From Octopus sinensis (taxonomy: Eukaryota), in NCBI RefSeq assembly GCF_006345805.1, contig NC_042998.1, forward strand, positions 137,764,001 through 137,828,000: a stretch of DNA of 64,000 nt. The letters run 5' to 3'. The translations under genes and the position numbers were made by a program. Positions 22,800 to 37,000 of this stretch are shown in pieces (within the stretch, counting starts at the first letter, position 1; every line of letters begins with the position of its first letter). Below the pieces are notes generated by a model that did not search any database, was not told the DNA's origin, and saw only the letters and a list, made by a program, of their open reading frames with translations.

Positions 22800-23530
22800 G
22801 GACTGTGTGTGTGCATGTGTACCTGAATGCATGCATGTGCATTTGTGTGTGTGTGTGTGTTCATTGGTATAAAAATTCTTGATCCAGTCACAATATTTGA
22901 AGAAAGATTTTCTTAAATTAAAAATTATTAATTAGGCAAAAATATTCTTTAAAAATAAAGAAACTGAATAATACAAACCATGTGAAAGGAAGCTTTTTTC
23001 ATAAGGTTTGTGTTGATCATAGTTATATTATTCTATTCTGAAATATATTTTACTTTAAAGGAACTAATATTTCAAGAAGATTGTTACTTATTTTAGATTT
23101 ATCAATTGTTTATCAAGTTTATAGTATTTTTGAATTTAGTGTGCTAGCAAACCAAGTTTGCAACCAGCTTTTCTATTCCTATGTGAAGCCAGTTTACTTC
23201 ACTTATGTTGTTAAAATTCTTTTGGAAAGGCATGAATGTTACAATTGCCCATTCCATTTCTCCAATAGACATTTTCATTCTCTTGTTAAATATTGTAGAA
23301 AACACAATCAAACAAAGAAAACATACAGAATAAATTGCATAGTTTGTTTTCTATAATAAACTCACAAAATGGGAATACATATTCTCTATTTGTTGCCAAT
23401 AGTGATGTAGTTTGACTACGACAGGATAAAGTTATTGTTAATTTAAAAGGGGCCTCAATAGCACCTTTTAAATCAAGGAATATTGCTCAAAATGTTCTGA
23501 AACAGCAATCTTATAAGGAGTGTTGGAGTA

Positions 23531-23577
<47 letters not shown>

Positions 23578-25503
23578 TTGTGTGTAAGTATGTGTGTGCA
23601 TGTACAAATGAGTTCTCAGTTGTAGACATAACTGCATTAATGTATGTATAAAATAAATGTGTGAAAATGCAAGTGAGTCTGTAATAGACGTGTGTATATA
23701 AATTATGCATACATATGTGATGTTACAATCCAGATAACATACTTTCAGTAAAAGCAAGCTAGAAAGTAATGTAATTATATTTTTGATATAGAATAGTCTA
23801 TTCTGTTGATGAGAGCATGTGTAGAATGACTTATTTTGATGCAGCTTGTGTTGATAGGGCTATGAAACAGTAAGAGCTGTATATTGTGGCATATTTGGCT
23901 ATGCATTGTTGCATGGCTATGTGACCCATTTGTGTGCAAGGTCACTGTTGCTATGAAAACTGCATTGGCTACTATTAATGACCTCTGTATCTGTGGAGCT
24001 GTTTATTGGGTCACTGCTATCAACAATTAGATATGCTTGTTGATATATCAACATTCTAGTTGTGGATTGGTTGTTAGGAATTAATTTAGCCGTCAAATTG
24101 ATCTATCTCACCTCATGAACATGTCACAAATATAGTTTTTTATCTTTTTTGGGGAAAGATTCCTTAAAATATATCACATGTGTAAGTCACAACAGCCTTC
24201 CTGCAGTTCCCCCTTTTCAATTGGAAAGGGTTATCTGCTAATAATATGTATTAAGTTTACACATTGAATGTGTAAACTTCTTTCAACAACTGGAATTTGA
24301 AGCATCTATAGTTTCATTGATATTTAAAAGTTATACTAAAAGAAATGACATTTAAAATTATTTATTATAATTGTAGCAAGAGAAATCTAATAAAATAAGT
24401 GTTATTTAAATAACATCCATAATAATATTCTGCTTGTTCTTACTTACCTTCATGTATGTGTTTGCTGTAAACAACTTTAATTAAAGAATTAAACCAAAGG
24501 CATGACTAAAATCTTTAATGTAATGAAACAATAATATAAAAATCTATAAATTTATGCATCATAAGAGAAATAAGAAAATTTATAAAACATGGAAATTTTA
24601 TGGGTCTGGCTAGTTTAACTATTTATTTAGTTTTGTTATAGAAAAAATCTAGGCATCTGTCAAATAAATCCATAATATAAGTCATAAAATGAATGTAATG
24701 TTGAACTTGAGACATAGTCATAATGAATATGTAGAGGGTGATGGTGGGGACTACTGAGTTTACAGACCTTAATAAATAAAAATTCAATATTTTTGAGAAG
24801 ATTATTCTGAAAACATATTTTGCTTGTTATTTATATAACTATTAAATATATATAAAAACTAAAGATACTGAATATAGATATTGTTACTAAAAAAATTTTT
24901 TTATTAATGTTATCTAACAAAATCAAAACTCAATATCTAAATTAATTTTAGAGGCTAAATTCAGACATTTCCCTCTTAAAAATTGATATTTTGCTGAAGC
25001 TCTATATGTAATTATGGATAATTTGCTTCCCATATTGTGATTATCCACATATTCTTTTGAGTTATTAAGATACAATGAAAATTAAAAACAAGTAACTGGT
25101 TCTTGTGATAGTTATCATCAATGGTAACATAAAAATTTAAACATCTTCCATTAAATGTTTGATATATATTACATATACTGCTTTGAAAACATTGTATGAA
25201 TACTTGAAGATGATGACCTGACAGATGCATTAGAATGTTGGGAAAATACCTTGTGCTTGTTTTGGCTCTTCCTGAGTTAAATCCCACCAGAGTTGACATT
25301 GTTTTCTGTACTTTTGGTGTCAGTATGATAAAGTACCCATCAAATGCTTGTATTGATTTACCTGACCCTTCAAAACTGCTGGCTTTTGTGCCTAAATCAG
25401 AAACAGTTATATGAATACTAAAATAGGATGTATTGTTTGTTATAATGAGGTTAACTGAGATGGTGTTTATATTTAAAGAAAAGATAAATTGTCATAACTT
25501 TAA

Positions 25504-25718
25504 CCCTTTAGCATTCAAATTACTTTGTCAAATGTTATACTTATTTATTCACATTGTTTTGAATTAATCAAGTATCATCATGTATCTTTGAGATTTTGAT
25601 GATGAGCTGGTATATTTTTAGATTGACATTGTAAGGTAGGTGTGAGAAGCCAGATTATGACAGTTTGAACATAAAACAGATGGAAATGTTTAGGCTGGAT
25701 ATGGCTGATGTTAAAGGG
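25504..25718. mobile_element. piggyBac-type MITE, 215 bp
   Basis: TTAA on both sides; TIR CCCTTTA(G/A)CAT. Confidence 0.75.
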
Positions 25719-26162
25719 TTAAATTATAGTTTACTATGCTTATAAATATTGTAAAATAGTTAAAAATACTATAGAAGAATATTAATAAGAGTATTTGAAT
25801 ACATATCTGATGTAACTGAATAATACCTTGGTTTGATTGCACAAGATTCTCAAAAAAATATGCATTTAAGATTTTATAATGCAAAGGTATAATCATTAAA
25901 GGTGTGAGAAGCCAGATTATGACAGTTTGAACATAAAACAGGTGGAAATGTTTGGGCTGGATATGGCTGATGTTAAAGGGTTAAATTATAGTTTACTATG
26001 CTTATAAATATTGTAAAATAGTTAAAAATACTATAGAAGAATATTAATAAGAGTATTTGAATATATATCTGATGTAACTGAATAATACCTTGGTTTGATT
26101 GCACAAGATTCTCAAAAAAATATGCATTTAAGATTTTATAATGTAAAGGTATAATCATTAAA
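25639..26162. repeat. 262-bp tandem duplication (25639-25900, 25901-26162)
   Basis: Two adjacent copies with about 4 substitutions seen. Confidence 0.93.
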
Positions 26163-26895
26163 GGACCATATGAGCTACTTATTTTATTCAATATAATTCC
26201 TTGCTGAAATCACTTTCATAATTTGAGGTAATTATTTTGAAAGATTTTATCTGGGCGTATGTTTAGTTTCATATCTTACAACTATTTTTGAGTTAACAAT
26301 CTTGATAATTACAAACATTAATTGTAATTTATTTCCTTATTCTAAACCCAATCAGGTTCATCTTGGCCAGTGAACTAGATTATTAATACCATTTTATTTA
26401 TTAGTAGATATTAGATAATTCATTATTACAGGGTGGGTATTCAGTATATGGATTGTTAGTTATTCAATAGCTGACTACATCTCATCTTGCTCAGTTCATG
26501 TTATACTTCAGTCTGTCTTGGAAATTGTGAGTAGTAGTAACTGAATATCAAATTGACACTTGGTTTTCTTAGATCAGTGACTTACATTGTTGATTTTCAT
26601 TGTTTCCATGTCTTTTTCGACCTTTAAACAAAACACGGTAACCATTGCACACTACTGATATTGTAAAAATGATTAAAGTGAGTGTCACTCACATTTAGGA
26701 CTATTGATGTTTTGATTGTGTAGATTGTAAATAATTAAACGCTCAAACCATTTACTAGATAAATGTTTCAAACATACAAATTTGCTGTGATGTTCATATT
26801 TCCTTTCACATTTTTAATTAGAACCAATACTCTAACTACAGGATATCAAATCTCTTTTAATAGCAATTTCTAACATTGGTACAAAGCCACCCATT

Positions 26896-27251
26896 TGTAC
26901 ACAAAAAGCACAGTCATTTCAGAATACAATCAAGTATACTTTAGTTGCATTTAAGGTTAAAAGTATTTTTGAATTATTAACGTTATCTTTAAGAGACAAA
27001 ACTTCTTTAATATTTTATCAACACTGTCTCTATTGTTTCATCTGTGGATTAAATCTTTTAATCTTATTCTTTGATGTACACAAAAAGCACAGTCATTTCA
27101 GAATACAATCAAGTATACTTTAGTTGCATTTAAGGTTAAAAGTATTTTGAATTATTAACGTTATCTTTAAGAGACAAAACTTCTTTAATAATTTATCAAC
27201 ACTGTCTCTATTGGTTTCATCTGTGATTATCATTTTAATCTTATTCTTTGA
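26896..27251. repeat. ~179-bp tandem duplication (26896-27074, 27075-27251)
   Basis: Two adjacent near-identical copies beginning TGTACACAAAAAGCACAG. Confidence 0.92.
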
Positions 27252-30200
27252 ACATGTACATTGTATGAGGCTGGATTCCTACTAGGAAACTTTATTTTTG
27301 AACAATGAATAATAATATCTTCATCCACTGAACTCTGGATACTTGTATGAGTAATGACATAAATTTAAGTGGGTTTCTTTCATTTTTTTTTTTTTTTGTA
27401 AATGCAGCCTTATTGAGCTGATGTCGGTTTTGAGCACATTGATTGGGTTTTTATCAAGCCTTATATATCAAGCATTGGTGATTGATTTTTCTCAGTTTCC
27501 TCTGTGGTTCTCTGACAATTATATAAATTTCATTCTCTAGCAGTATGTAATTTATTTTCTTGCTCTGTTTCTCTTCAACTATTTATATGCTTCTTCTTTC
27601 ATTTAGCCTTTTTTATCTTCCTCTGTTCTTACTTTTAGGGGCTTCCGAGTTTCTCTTTTGCAATATTTCATGTTTTAATATTCTTTAATATTCCATGCAC
27701 TTCTACAAATACGTGAACTCTTATAGATGAAATTCTTATGTTCAAGCTATCCATGAGTAGATTTAATTTGGTGATCAATCTAAAGTTTAACATTACTTTT
27801 GAATATAGTTCCTTTCTAAAATGCTAGGTACATCAGAATTGTGCTCTAATGTTTTGTGTTGTAGATTCTCTGAATTCTCTCTGACAAATTCTTATAGTAA
27901 TGTGGAGACATAATAGAGTTTGATTTAGTCTCTATTCTGTGCTTGAAAGTAATTGTATACCTTATATGATGGACCAGGTATTTGTTACTCAGAAATGTCA
28001 TTTCCAGGTGAATCATTTCTTCCATATAAATTGAAATATTGATGCAGGTCTTTCTTTTGTCCAAAGTTAGTGGTATTATTTTGTTTTTGGATTTGGTGAC
28101 TCTCCTCAAACACAATTAGTGGTATTAGATAATTTCATTTTGGAAGTTAATCATAATTTAAGTAGAGTTCACCGGCTATTGGTTTTTGATGCATTGATGC
28201 TATGAAACCTGCTTCTGTCTTTGAACCAATACACCAAAGAATGGTAGTTCATTGTTACATGCCCTCTTCTAGGTAAACTAAATTGATATATGTGGATAAC
28301 ACCAAGTTGAACTTGGTGTTATCCATATTTCTTCATCGAGCTGTTGATTTTTAGTGTGGTACTTATTAGAGCTAGAATCTTCAAAGTGTTCCATATAGGT
28401 TTACCTATTACTCTTGATAATAAACCCATAGCCAACCCTTTCATTTATGGTAAATTTTATTTTCCACCAGAAAGCAGTGATCAGTTGGTAGTTTTGCGCT
28501 CATGAAGACTTTGGGGGGTTTTTTTTCTTGTCTGCTCCTGACAATCACGACAATTGACAAGGCATCGTCTGTTAGAATCATTGTTAATAGGTTTACCACA
28601 TCATAACTGGACATGATTTGCTTGTACTCAACTTGTTCTATGAAGCATGTTCAATTTTTCACATGAGAAGTTCTGCTCAAAAGTACCAAGAGTGGGGAAA
28701 GGATGTTAATCAGAAAAAAAACTCAGTAGATAATATGCTGAGTGTCTGCATCTAACAATAGACCCAAAGGTATCCCAAGTCATCATCATTTAACATCTGC
28801 CTTCCATGCTGGCATAGGCTGAACAGTTTGACAGGTGTTGGTAAAGCAAAGGATTGCATCAAGTGCTATTGTGTACTTTGGCATTCTTTTTAAGACTTGA
28901 TGCCTTTCTTCTGTATGTGTTTGTGTGTGTATATATATATATAGGTAGCTAATTATTGTGTTGTATAAGCTCTTTGTATTTATAGTCAGTAAAATGTTTT
29001 TATGCACAATTGACAAAATGTTCATGAAGCGAGGCTTTTCTTTAACTCTTTTGGTATCAAATCTCCCAAGACCTTCCTGGTTTTATGGTACTAACATCCT
29101 GTTTTAAAGTGATCTAAATTAAAGCTTCCTTTTATAATTCCAGGTTTATGTTCGTTTGAAACTGAACTTAATAAAACAAAGTCATTCTACTATAATCTTT
29201 ATTGTTTTATAAATTAACTGAAAGAAAAATCAGAAATATGGTAACAAAAGGCTTATCTTCTTGTAGTTATCCTGATTTAAAAATGTCCTCAACTTGTCAT
29301 AGTGTTATATCCTATCAGAGATAGCAGCTGCATTACCTTTCTGCTCTTGTCTGAAGGTAGTAGATTTATCTGCTATGCTTCTGGAGGGTTTTGTTGTCAT
29401 GGTTTTTGAAGTTTGATCTTCAATACATTTTGACCAATTTTTCAAGTACAATGACTGATTTTTTGATTGGGTATGATGTCTAAATAAGGAATTTACTTGA
29501 TAGTAGTAACAAAAAGCCCTTTGTTTAGCACCAGTTCTTCAGATTTGGCTAACTGCTTTTTTACTAATGTTGATCAATTTTACTGCTTGACATTTTCCTT
29601 CCTGGGGAACATTTGCCTTTTCCAAAACCTGTTGCTTTTTAATATTGACTGTTTTACTCTTTTCAAACATTGTGCTTGGGATGTGCTATCATGACACCTT
29701 GAGATGTTAGTAGGGTTCTTCTATTTTCTCAAAATTTGGGGTGCATAATATCCTTAAGCATCTTTTATGCCATCAAATATGGTACTAGTATTTGAAGTAA
29801 TAAAAAACAAAGTGATCCTTGGTGAGATATTGTCTCAGAAATGCCAAGTAATGAATACTCCAAGGTATTTAGTCAGACACTGTGCCATTTTTTTGTCACT
29901 TCACCACTTTTAATCCTTTTAATATTAAAGTGTTAAAGTATTGAAAAAAATATTTTTTCAAACCAGAAAGTCTAAATACTCTGGTGTCATCCAGTAATTT
30001 TCCAACTTAGAACATTTTCAGACTCTTGTAAAAGTAGGTTACTTCCATTATCAACAATAGCAACATCTTTACCAAACAACTGAATATGTAAAAAAAAATA
30101 TTACCCCCCCCCCTCTCTCTGTTCTTGATTAATTTTGGCCTACATCTGACTTAACCAATAACCATCAACTAAAAGTACACTCACACCAGTTCAAATTCTC

Positions 30201-32271
30201 ATTTATATTGCATGTCCAAATTTCATTGTTATTTTTTTTTTTCAGCCAGCAACCTTTGATGCTTCTTCTAGACAATCTGTGTCTTGGTACTATGACTCTC
30301 CAATTTACATTACATCCTAAATCATTCAATAAACCAAACCAAACTCATTTCCTTTCTCTTGTTGGAATTTTTCCAACTTTAAACTGGCACATAGCCTGAC
30401 ACATGAACTTTACAACTCAGAAACTATTGTAAACTTAACAGAATATCTAAATTAAAATATGTGTTTGAAATAGTTTGTTGTTAATAGTTTTTACTTTATT
30501 TAAAACTTTAAGTTATTATGAGTATGTTAAAAAACAACAAGTGATCACATAAAATACTTAGGATGTTGCACTCATGAATGTGAGATCATAGTTTCAGTTC
30601 CTAGACTGGGTGGTACATTGTGTTCTTGTGCAAAACATTTCATCTCGTGTTTTGCTCTGCGATCACTTTGACACCTGACGTGCGGTACACCATGTACCTG
30701 TTCAGGCAATGTTGATTTGATGGAGGGAGTGAGCTAATGTACAGCACATACATTTGATCACTATAAACAAATCATTTGTGCGGGTCATTCAGCAAAAGGT
30801 AAACACTCATATGTCTTCTTTGACTGGAGAGTTCATCACAAGAGTAGAACAAGTTAAATTCATTGTATAATATTTCAAAGGAGAGTTCTATTCACCTTCT
30901 TGTACATTGAAGGTCCACCCTGACACTTCATAACCAGTATTTTATCTCTCTTTTGGTTAATCCCATCAACTCTTCTATAATGTGAGTAACCATGTAGAAC
31001 CTCTACAGAAAGAAAGCTGTTCTGACCTGGCCTTTTCTTCCATATGTTAACCTCTCATTACCTAGCATAAAACTATTTCTGTCTTGACTGTAGATCTACT
31101 CAGTCAATGGGGATCTTAGTTTTGTGAGTTACATGGCAACCTCACTAGTATTGGTGCCATGAAAAAAGCACACAGCAGAAAATGAGTGGCATTTGGAAGA
31201 GCACCCAGCTGTAGAAACTATGCCAAAGTGAGCTTTGGAACATAATGCATTCCTGCAAACCACCACATCCTGTCAAACTATTCAATCCATGCCAGTGTGG
31301 AAGAGAGACAATAAAAGATAATGATGATGAGAAGAATGATGAATACACCTGTTTACAATATGTAAAGTCATTACAATAAAGCATCTACTAACAGCACCTT
31401 TGATCTTACATTGAAAAATAATTTGGAATAATAATTTGGAAAATAATTTCGACATTACTGTAAATCTTAATCAAGGTAAATACTATCCCTATACAATGTG
31501 TAATGAGGATATCATAACTTCATTCACAGGAATTCTACAGACCCTCAACTGAAATTAGAAACTTGGTGCCTGTATCAACAAAAGAAACTTCAGTTTAACT
31601 TCAGACAGAAATAGTTTTGCTGGATCTGAGCTCTATGATGATGAGTGGCAAGGAGTAGCTTCAGTTAATACACATAGAAGATCTTCCATTCCTAATCTTG
31701 AAGGAAATCATAAAGAGGAAAAAAGGTTGCTCAATCCTCTGTTCAGCTAAGATATCTTCATAAACATAACCAAGAATTTTTTTTTAGCCCCAATTAGGCA
31801 AAACTTCCCAAGCAAGCATAAATGGCATAAACTTTTTAATAAGCAGAACACAAAAATAAGTTACTTGGTAACAATGTGAGTTTTTCTAGACAACACTTTC
31901 TCTTGGATGAACATCAGTAGGGTGGAGAAGGGAACTAGGCAACTGCCAGTTTTCTGAAAGAAATCTTATCTAGATCTGTGCATACATGTATGTGTAGGTG
32001 AATGGTTGACTTTGATTGACAGAGTGTCATGGCATCGTATAATTTTTGCATTTAATAATTAATATGTGTAATTTTAGTTTGGGCAAGTACTTCTTACCTT
32101 GTCTTTTTAGATACAAAGACAACACACATGCATGTATGCACACAGATACACAGACGTATATATATGTGTGCAGAGTCAAATGGAATCTAACATACTTAAT
32201 GTTGGAAATCATTAAAAATTCTCAATCAATTAAATTACTCTCAAATTAAGAATTAAAGTAATTTGCTTTAA

Positions 32272-32485
32272 CCTTTTTGTTACCATATTTCTGAGATGTT
32301 CTGTGTTTCTTTCAATTAATTTTAAGTATAACAAAAACTTTAGTAAAATAACTTAGTTATCATTAGGCTAGTGTTAGGAACATAAATTGTGACTAAGGTT
32401 TGGTGGAAGATTTTAATTCAGAATGTTTGAAAATGAGACACTTGTACTACAGAGCCAGAGGCAGCTTCAGTTGGTATCAAAAAGG
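32272..32485. mobile_element. piggyBac-type MITE, 214 bp
   Basis: TTAA flanks (32268-32271, 32486-32489); 14-bp TIR CCTTTTTG(T/A)TACCA. Degenerate relatives at ~29043-29250 and ~63200-63363. Confidence 0.8.
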
Positions 32486-33304
32486 TTAATTACAGTTCTT
32501 GGCAAGAGATCCCTGAAATTTGAATTAAAAATTTAATGGAGACATGACATGAAGTGGAGACTGAATTTCATCTTTGGAAAGAATGTTGGCAACTCTAGTC
32601 CTGGGCATGTTTTAGTTTTGTTAAATCTCCTCAGAGAAATATTGGGTAAAAAAAATAACTACATCTTAGAATATCTAAATAAATATAAAATTGTTTCCTG
32701 ATTAGACAATTTTAAATAATGATTTTGAAATATTTCATAAGGGTGCCTTCTACATGAAGAACACATAGTTAAGTATAAATCCATGTATACACCTGCATGT
32801 CACCTTTTAATCTTTTATCAATTCAAATTTAAGGGTTCTCTTTCTTGCTTTCCTTGACAAGATTTATCATTAACACAAATAAATTTTCTTTATATTATAA
32901 TTGCTTAAAAATTATTTTGATTTACTACATTAAATACATTAGTTCACCATACAGAAAGCACTCTTGTGAAAATTTCCAGTATCCTTAATATCTAATTACC
33001 CTATCAATGAATAATTTTTCCACACAAACTATAACTCAGGTATTGGCTGAATGTACATGGAAGATGATACTTAATTTAGAATATTAACTATGAGTGAAAC
33101 AGGTATGGAATTGTACTTATAAACGAAAAAATTTCCTCTCTGCTGCACATCTCCATTTAAGTTTTAATCAATTCAGAGTTCAGAGTTCTTCCCTTACAAA
33201 GAATTATCTTTATTGCTAATGACTTTGTTTCTCATTTCTGGTTTAATTTCAGTTGATTGAAAAATTATTTTTGCTTTACAACATTAAATATGTTAGTTCA
33301 CACT

Positions 33305-33445
33305 TGTTTGTTTGTTTGTTTGTTTGTTTGTTTGTTGTATGTATGTATGTATGTATGTATGTATGTATGTATGTATGTATGTATGTATGTATGTATGTAT
33401 GTATGTATGTATGTATGTATGTATGTATTGATGGATGGATGGATG
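33305..33445. repeat. Compound tetranucleotide microsatellite (TTTG)n(TATG)n(GATG)n upstream of STRAP
   Basis: Direct observation. Confidence 0.95.
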
Positions 33446-33699
33446 CATGCATGAATGTGTGAGTGTTTGTGTTTGTATGTGTAACATGGATATCGAGAAG
33501 GAAAATATTTTACTTCAAACCATTCATTTTAACTAATTTGGAGTTATAAAAATCTGTAGCATAACAGGAGAATTTTTTTTTTTTTTATAGTTCCTTGGAT
33601 TCTTGTAGATTACAATTTTGATAGTAATTAAAATCATTAGCTTAAATATTTTAGCATCATAACATTTTAGCAATTTACTAGTTTACGAAAATTAACTTT

Positions 33700-33927
33700 T
33701 CCCACTCGTCGAAATATCGAAATTAAATATCGTTACATTTAAATCTATATTCAACTCGGTTTAATAATTTTGGTGCAGTCCTACCGGAAGTGAAGTTGTC
33801 GGCGTTTTACCATCTACCGCACATTCACACCGTAGAGAGGATAACCAATCTACAAATATAAATTTATCTATTTTTATACTCGCACACACATACAGATACA
33901 CGCATACACACTTCTCTCTCGGTGAAG
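33700..33927 (+). promoter_or_regulatory. STRAP promoter and 5' UTR with an ETS/GABP-type site
   Basis: ACCGGAAGTG at 33783-33792; locally CpG-retaining sequence immediately upstream of the start codon. Confidence 0.6.
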
Positions 33928-34042
33928 ATGTCCAACTTCAGGCAGACACCGCTCACTTGTTCTGGTCATACCCGGCCTGTAGTTTACTTGGCTTTCAGTG
34001 ATATAACTCAGTACGGATACTATCTCATCAGCGCATGTAAAG
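33928..34042 (+). CDS. STRAP: STRAP (UNRIP) coding exon 1 (MSNFRQTPLTCSGHTRPVVYLAFSDITQYGYYLISACK)
   Basis: Near-identical to the STRAP N-terminus RQTPLTCSGHTRPVV; donor G|GTTCGT at 34043, phase 1. Confidence 0.96.
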
Positions 34043-37000
34043 GTTCGTCGAACTTCACTATTGCTTGCAGCCGTTTACGGATTTGTACCATAAATGTTTG
34101 TAGACACTAACACACATTATACAAGTATTTATATAATGTATGTTAGCATGTAGTTTTGTGTATATCTATATGCATGTCAGCGTGTGTGTTTATAACGTGC
34201 GCCTGTTACAAATAGATGGGAACGGTTGCGTTTAGCTATGCAATTGTAATTTTGGAAAGACTTGCTGTAATTTTATATAAAATACCCAAATTTCGTCAAT
34301 CGAACAATTTTCCGGTTTCTTTTTTAAAATTATTTTACCGGTCATCAAGTTAATTAACATCTATATTAATTAACAACAGACTTTTTAACATCCGCGTGAT
34401 GACAACTTACATGTTTGCTGTTATGTCAGTGCTAAACTGGTTTACACTCCCATTTAAGCACCTCGACACAAGAATCTACTGTGATGAATTTAAGCTTCAA
34501 TTACATCTCAACTGTTTCTACATTTCATATTTTTTATTAAAAGAAAAAAAAATGTTGATGCGCGTTGAAATTAAATTGCCCTCCAGAACGTCACTTCTTA
34601 TCGGCATGTGTGTGGATTGATTAATAAATCAGCTGGAAATGATCGTGATAACACACCTTTGTGGGGAAGGTGTTAAGCTGTTATTTCATCTATTAACTCA
34701 TATATGGTACTCAAATGATGATCGCTTAGAAAGTATTTGTGTATGTATGTATATGTGTGTGTATGTATATATTTGTGTCGATATCTATAATTTGTTAACT
34801 TAAAGCTTCAAGTTTTGTATTATCTTACGGGGATATCTTTAGAATAACACTAGTTGCGTGTGAAACAAAAATTGTATCTAGGTAGAAAGGAAAATGGGAC
34901 CCATTACTTAGTTATTTGCACGTAGATGTTATAATTTAAACTTGTTCTCTTCTTTCTATTCAACTTTTACAGTGGTGTGTGTGAAAGAGCGAGAAATCAT
35001 TACTGCACCCAAGGAAGACTTAATCATAATCATTTGTTTTATAAATTATATTTAAATAAAATTCTTCATTTGTTCTCCGTGTTATCTTATACCTTGTGGG
35101 TATTTCACATTATCAGTATCTGCATCTTCAACAAATATATAAAATATGAAATCACAGTAGAACATTTTGTAAGTTTTGGATGTAGGCCGAGTATTTTCTG
35201 TGTTTATGATTATTGTAAGCTATTTTGTACACACAAAATATATTTCAGATTGTTATATGTAGTGTGTATATATGTGTGTGTGTCTGTGTTTACACACACA
35301 TGATATATGGGGCTAATGCAGTTTCGCACCTCTCATATCATGTATACATGTAGCATGCGGGTATATGCATGTGTGTATATATTCACATATATTTGTATAT
35401 ATGTTGTGCTAACATATATATAATTCTTAAAAATTGAAGAATATTTTAATTTTATCTAATATATATTGATAATTAAAATATTCTTCAATTCTTAATTTGT
35501 ATTTGTGATCTGGAAGATTCTGTTTAACAAATTCTTCCGTTCTTCACCGAAAAATACAGATATTTGCAATGCTATATCCCAAACCCATACATAGCATTCT
35601 AATCTATTGTCATGTAATTTTAATCCCTACCAACAGTTCTAATCTTTGTTTATTAACTATTTAATGCCTGCCTTTCTATAATCAGTCTGAAATCTCAGCA
35701 TGTTCCACATTTTCAGCACGATATATCCAATGTGTCTTGATGTGAAGAATTAGACTTGTTACACAAATAAGTCAATAATTTAGTTTATTCAAGTAAATGG
35801 TGGCTCTTCTTCTAAAATAGTTGATTGTTCGTATGTATTCTTTTAAAATAATGTATTGAGAAGTGTACAATTAGCTTCTTAAACCTATTTTTTTAATATT
35901 TGTCTTAAGGATTCTAGTTTAATGTAAATTGTCAGTGTTTCGTTTTTTTTTAAATTCTTGTACTCTTATCTTTTTTGTTTGTTTTCTATCTATCTGATGC
36001 TGAATAACTGTTTTTTTTTATTCTTCGTTTCTTTCTTTTGTAATGAATAAACAGAATATCAAATAACAGTTCAACAGCTCCCTAATTGGCCTTTATTGGA
36101 AATTCTCTATAAAATCCTTGATGCTACTCAACGCTGTGTGTGTTGTGTAGGGTAATACTTATTTAAAGGATTATAGTTTGTTGTGTGCATGTTCGCCCGC
36201 GCACGCACACACATATACATGCACATACATACAAAGGCTATCGTATGGAAGAAAAAAAAAAAGAAACATCATAATACTGAGTATATAAGCGTAATATCAG
36301 ATAAATACACTCAACAGTCCTAATGAGCTTATAAACACTGGGTGATACATGACTCCCTCCAGAATGGTACATCAGATCTGTTAAGACTCCCAGATCTGTC
36401 TAGATGAATGAATATTATAAGTGCGTTGCCCAAATATACAGCAATCCACAGTGGATTTAAACTCAAGATGTGTATAATCCGTCCAAACATTTTGCGTCTC
36501 TGATATGTTTGTGATATCAATATTTGTCTAGGATTAAGTATAGTTACTATGGGGATAAATCTTCAAATTTCTGTTTTGCATCATAGTGTCATTGAAACGA
36601 TAATGTATCACGTTAATGTGAAATTTGATCATCTTAACGATTTTCATTCCGTTAACATTTCCTTTAATAATGCCAATGATTATGAAAAACATTAAACCTA
36701 GGAAGATGTTGAATTTAACACCACCTACTGAATATTGAAAATAAAAATTGATAATGATTAAATCTCTTTATTAAATCCTGTTTTAAATCTAGGTTCATTT
36801 GCGTTAAGAGACTGGTTTATTATTATACTCAACACTCTTGAAAATGTTTACTATCTCTTCATAACAGCTGTGATTAAATACTGAGCTCAGAAACAAAGAA
36901 ATACATGTATTGGATATGAATATGCCACCAGTGTGGTTCAGTTTATTATATCATCATCGTCCTTTAACGTCCACATTTCCTCTCTTGGATGGATCAGACG

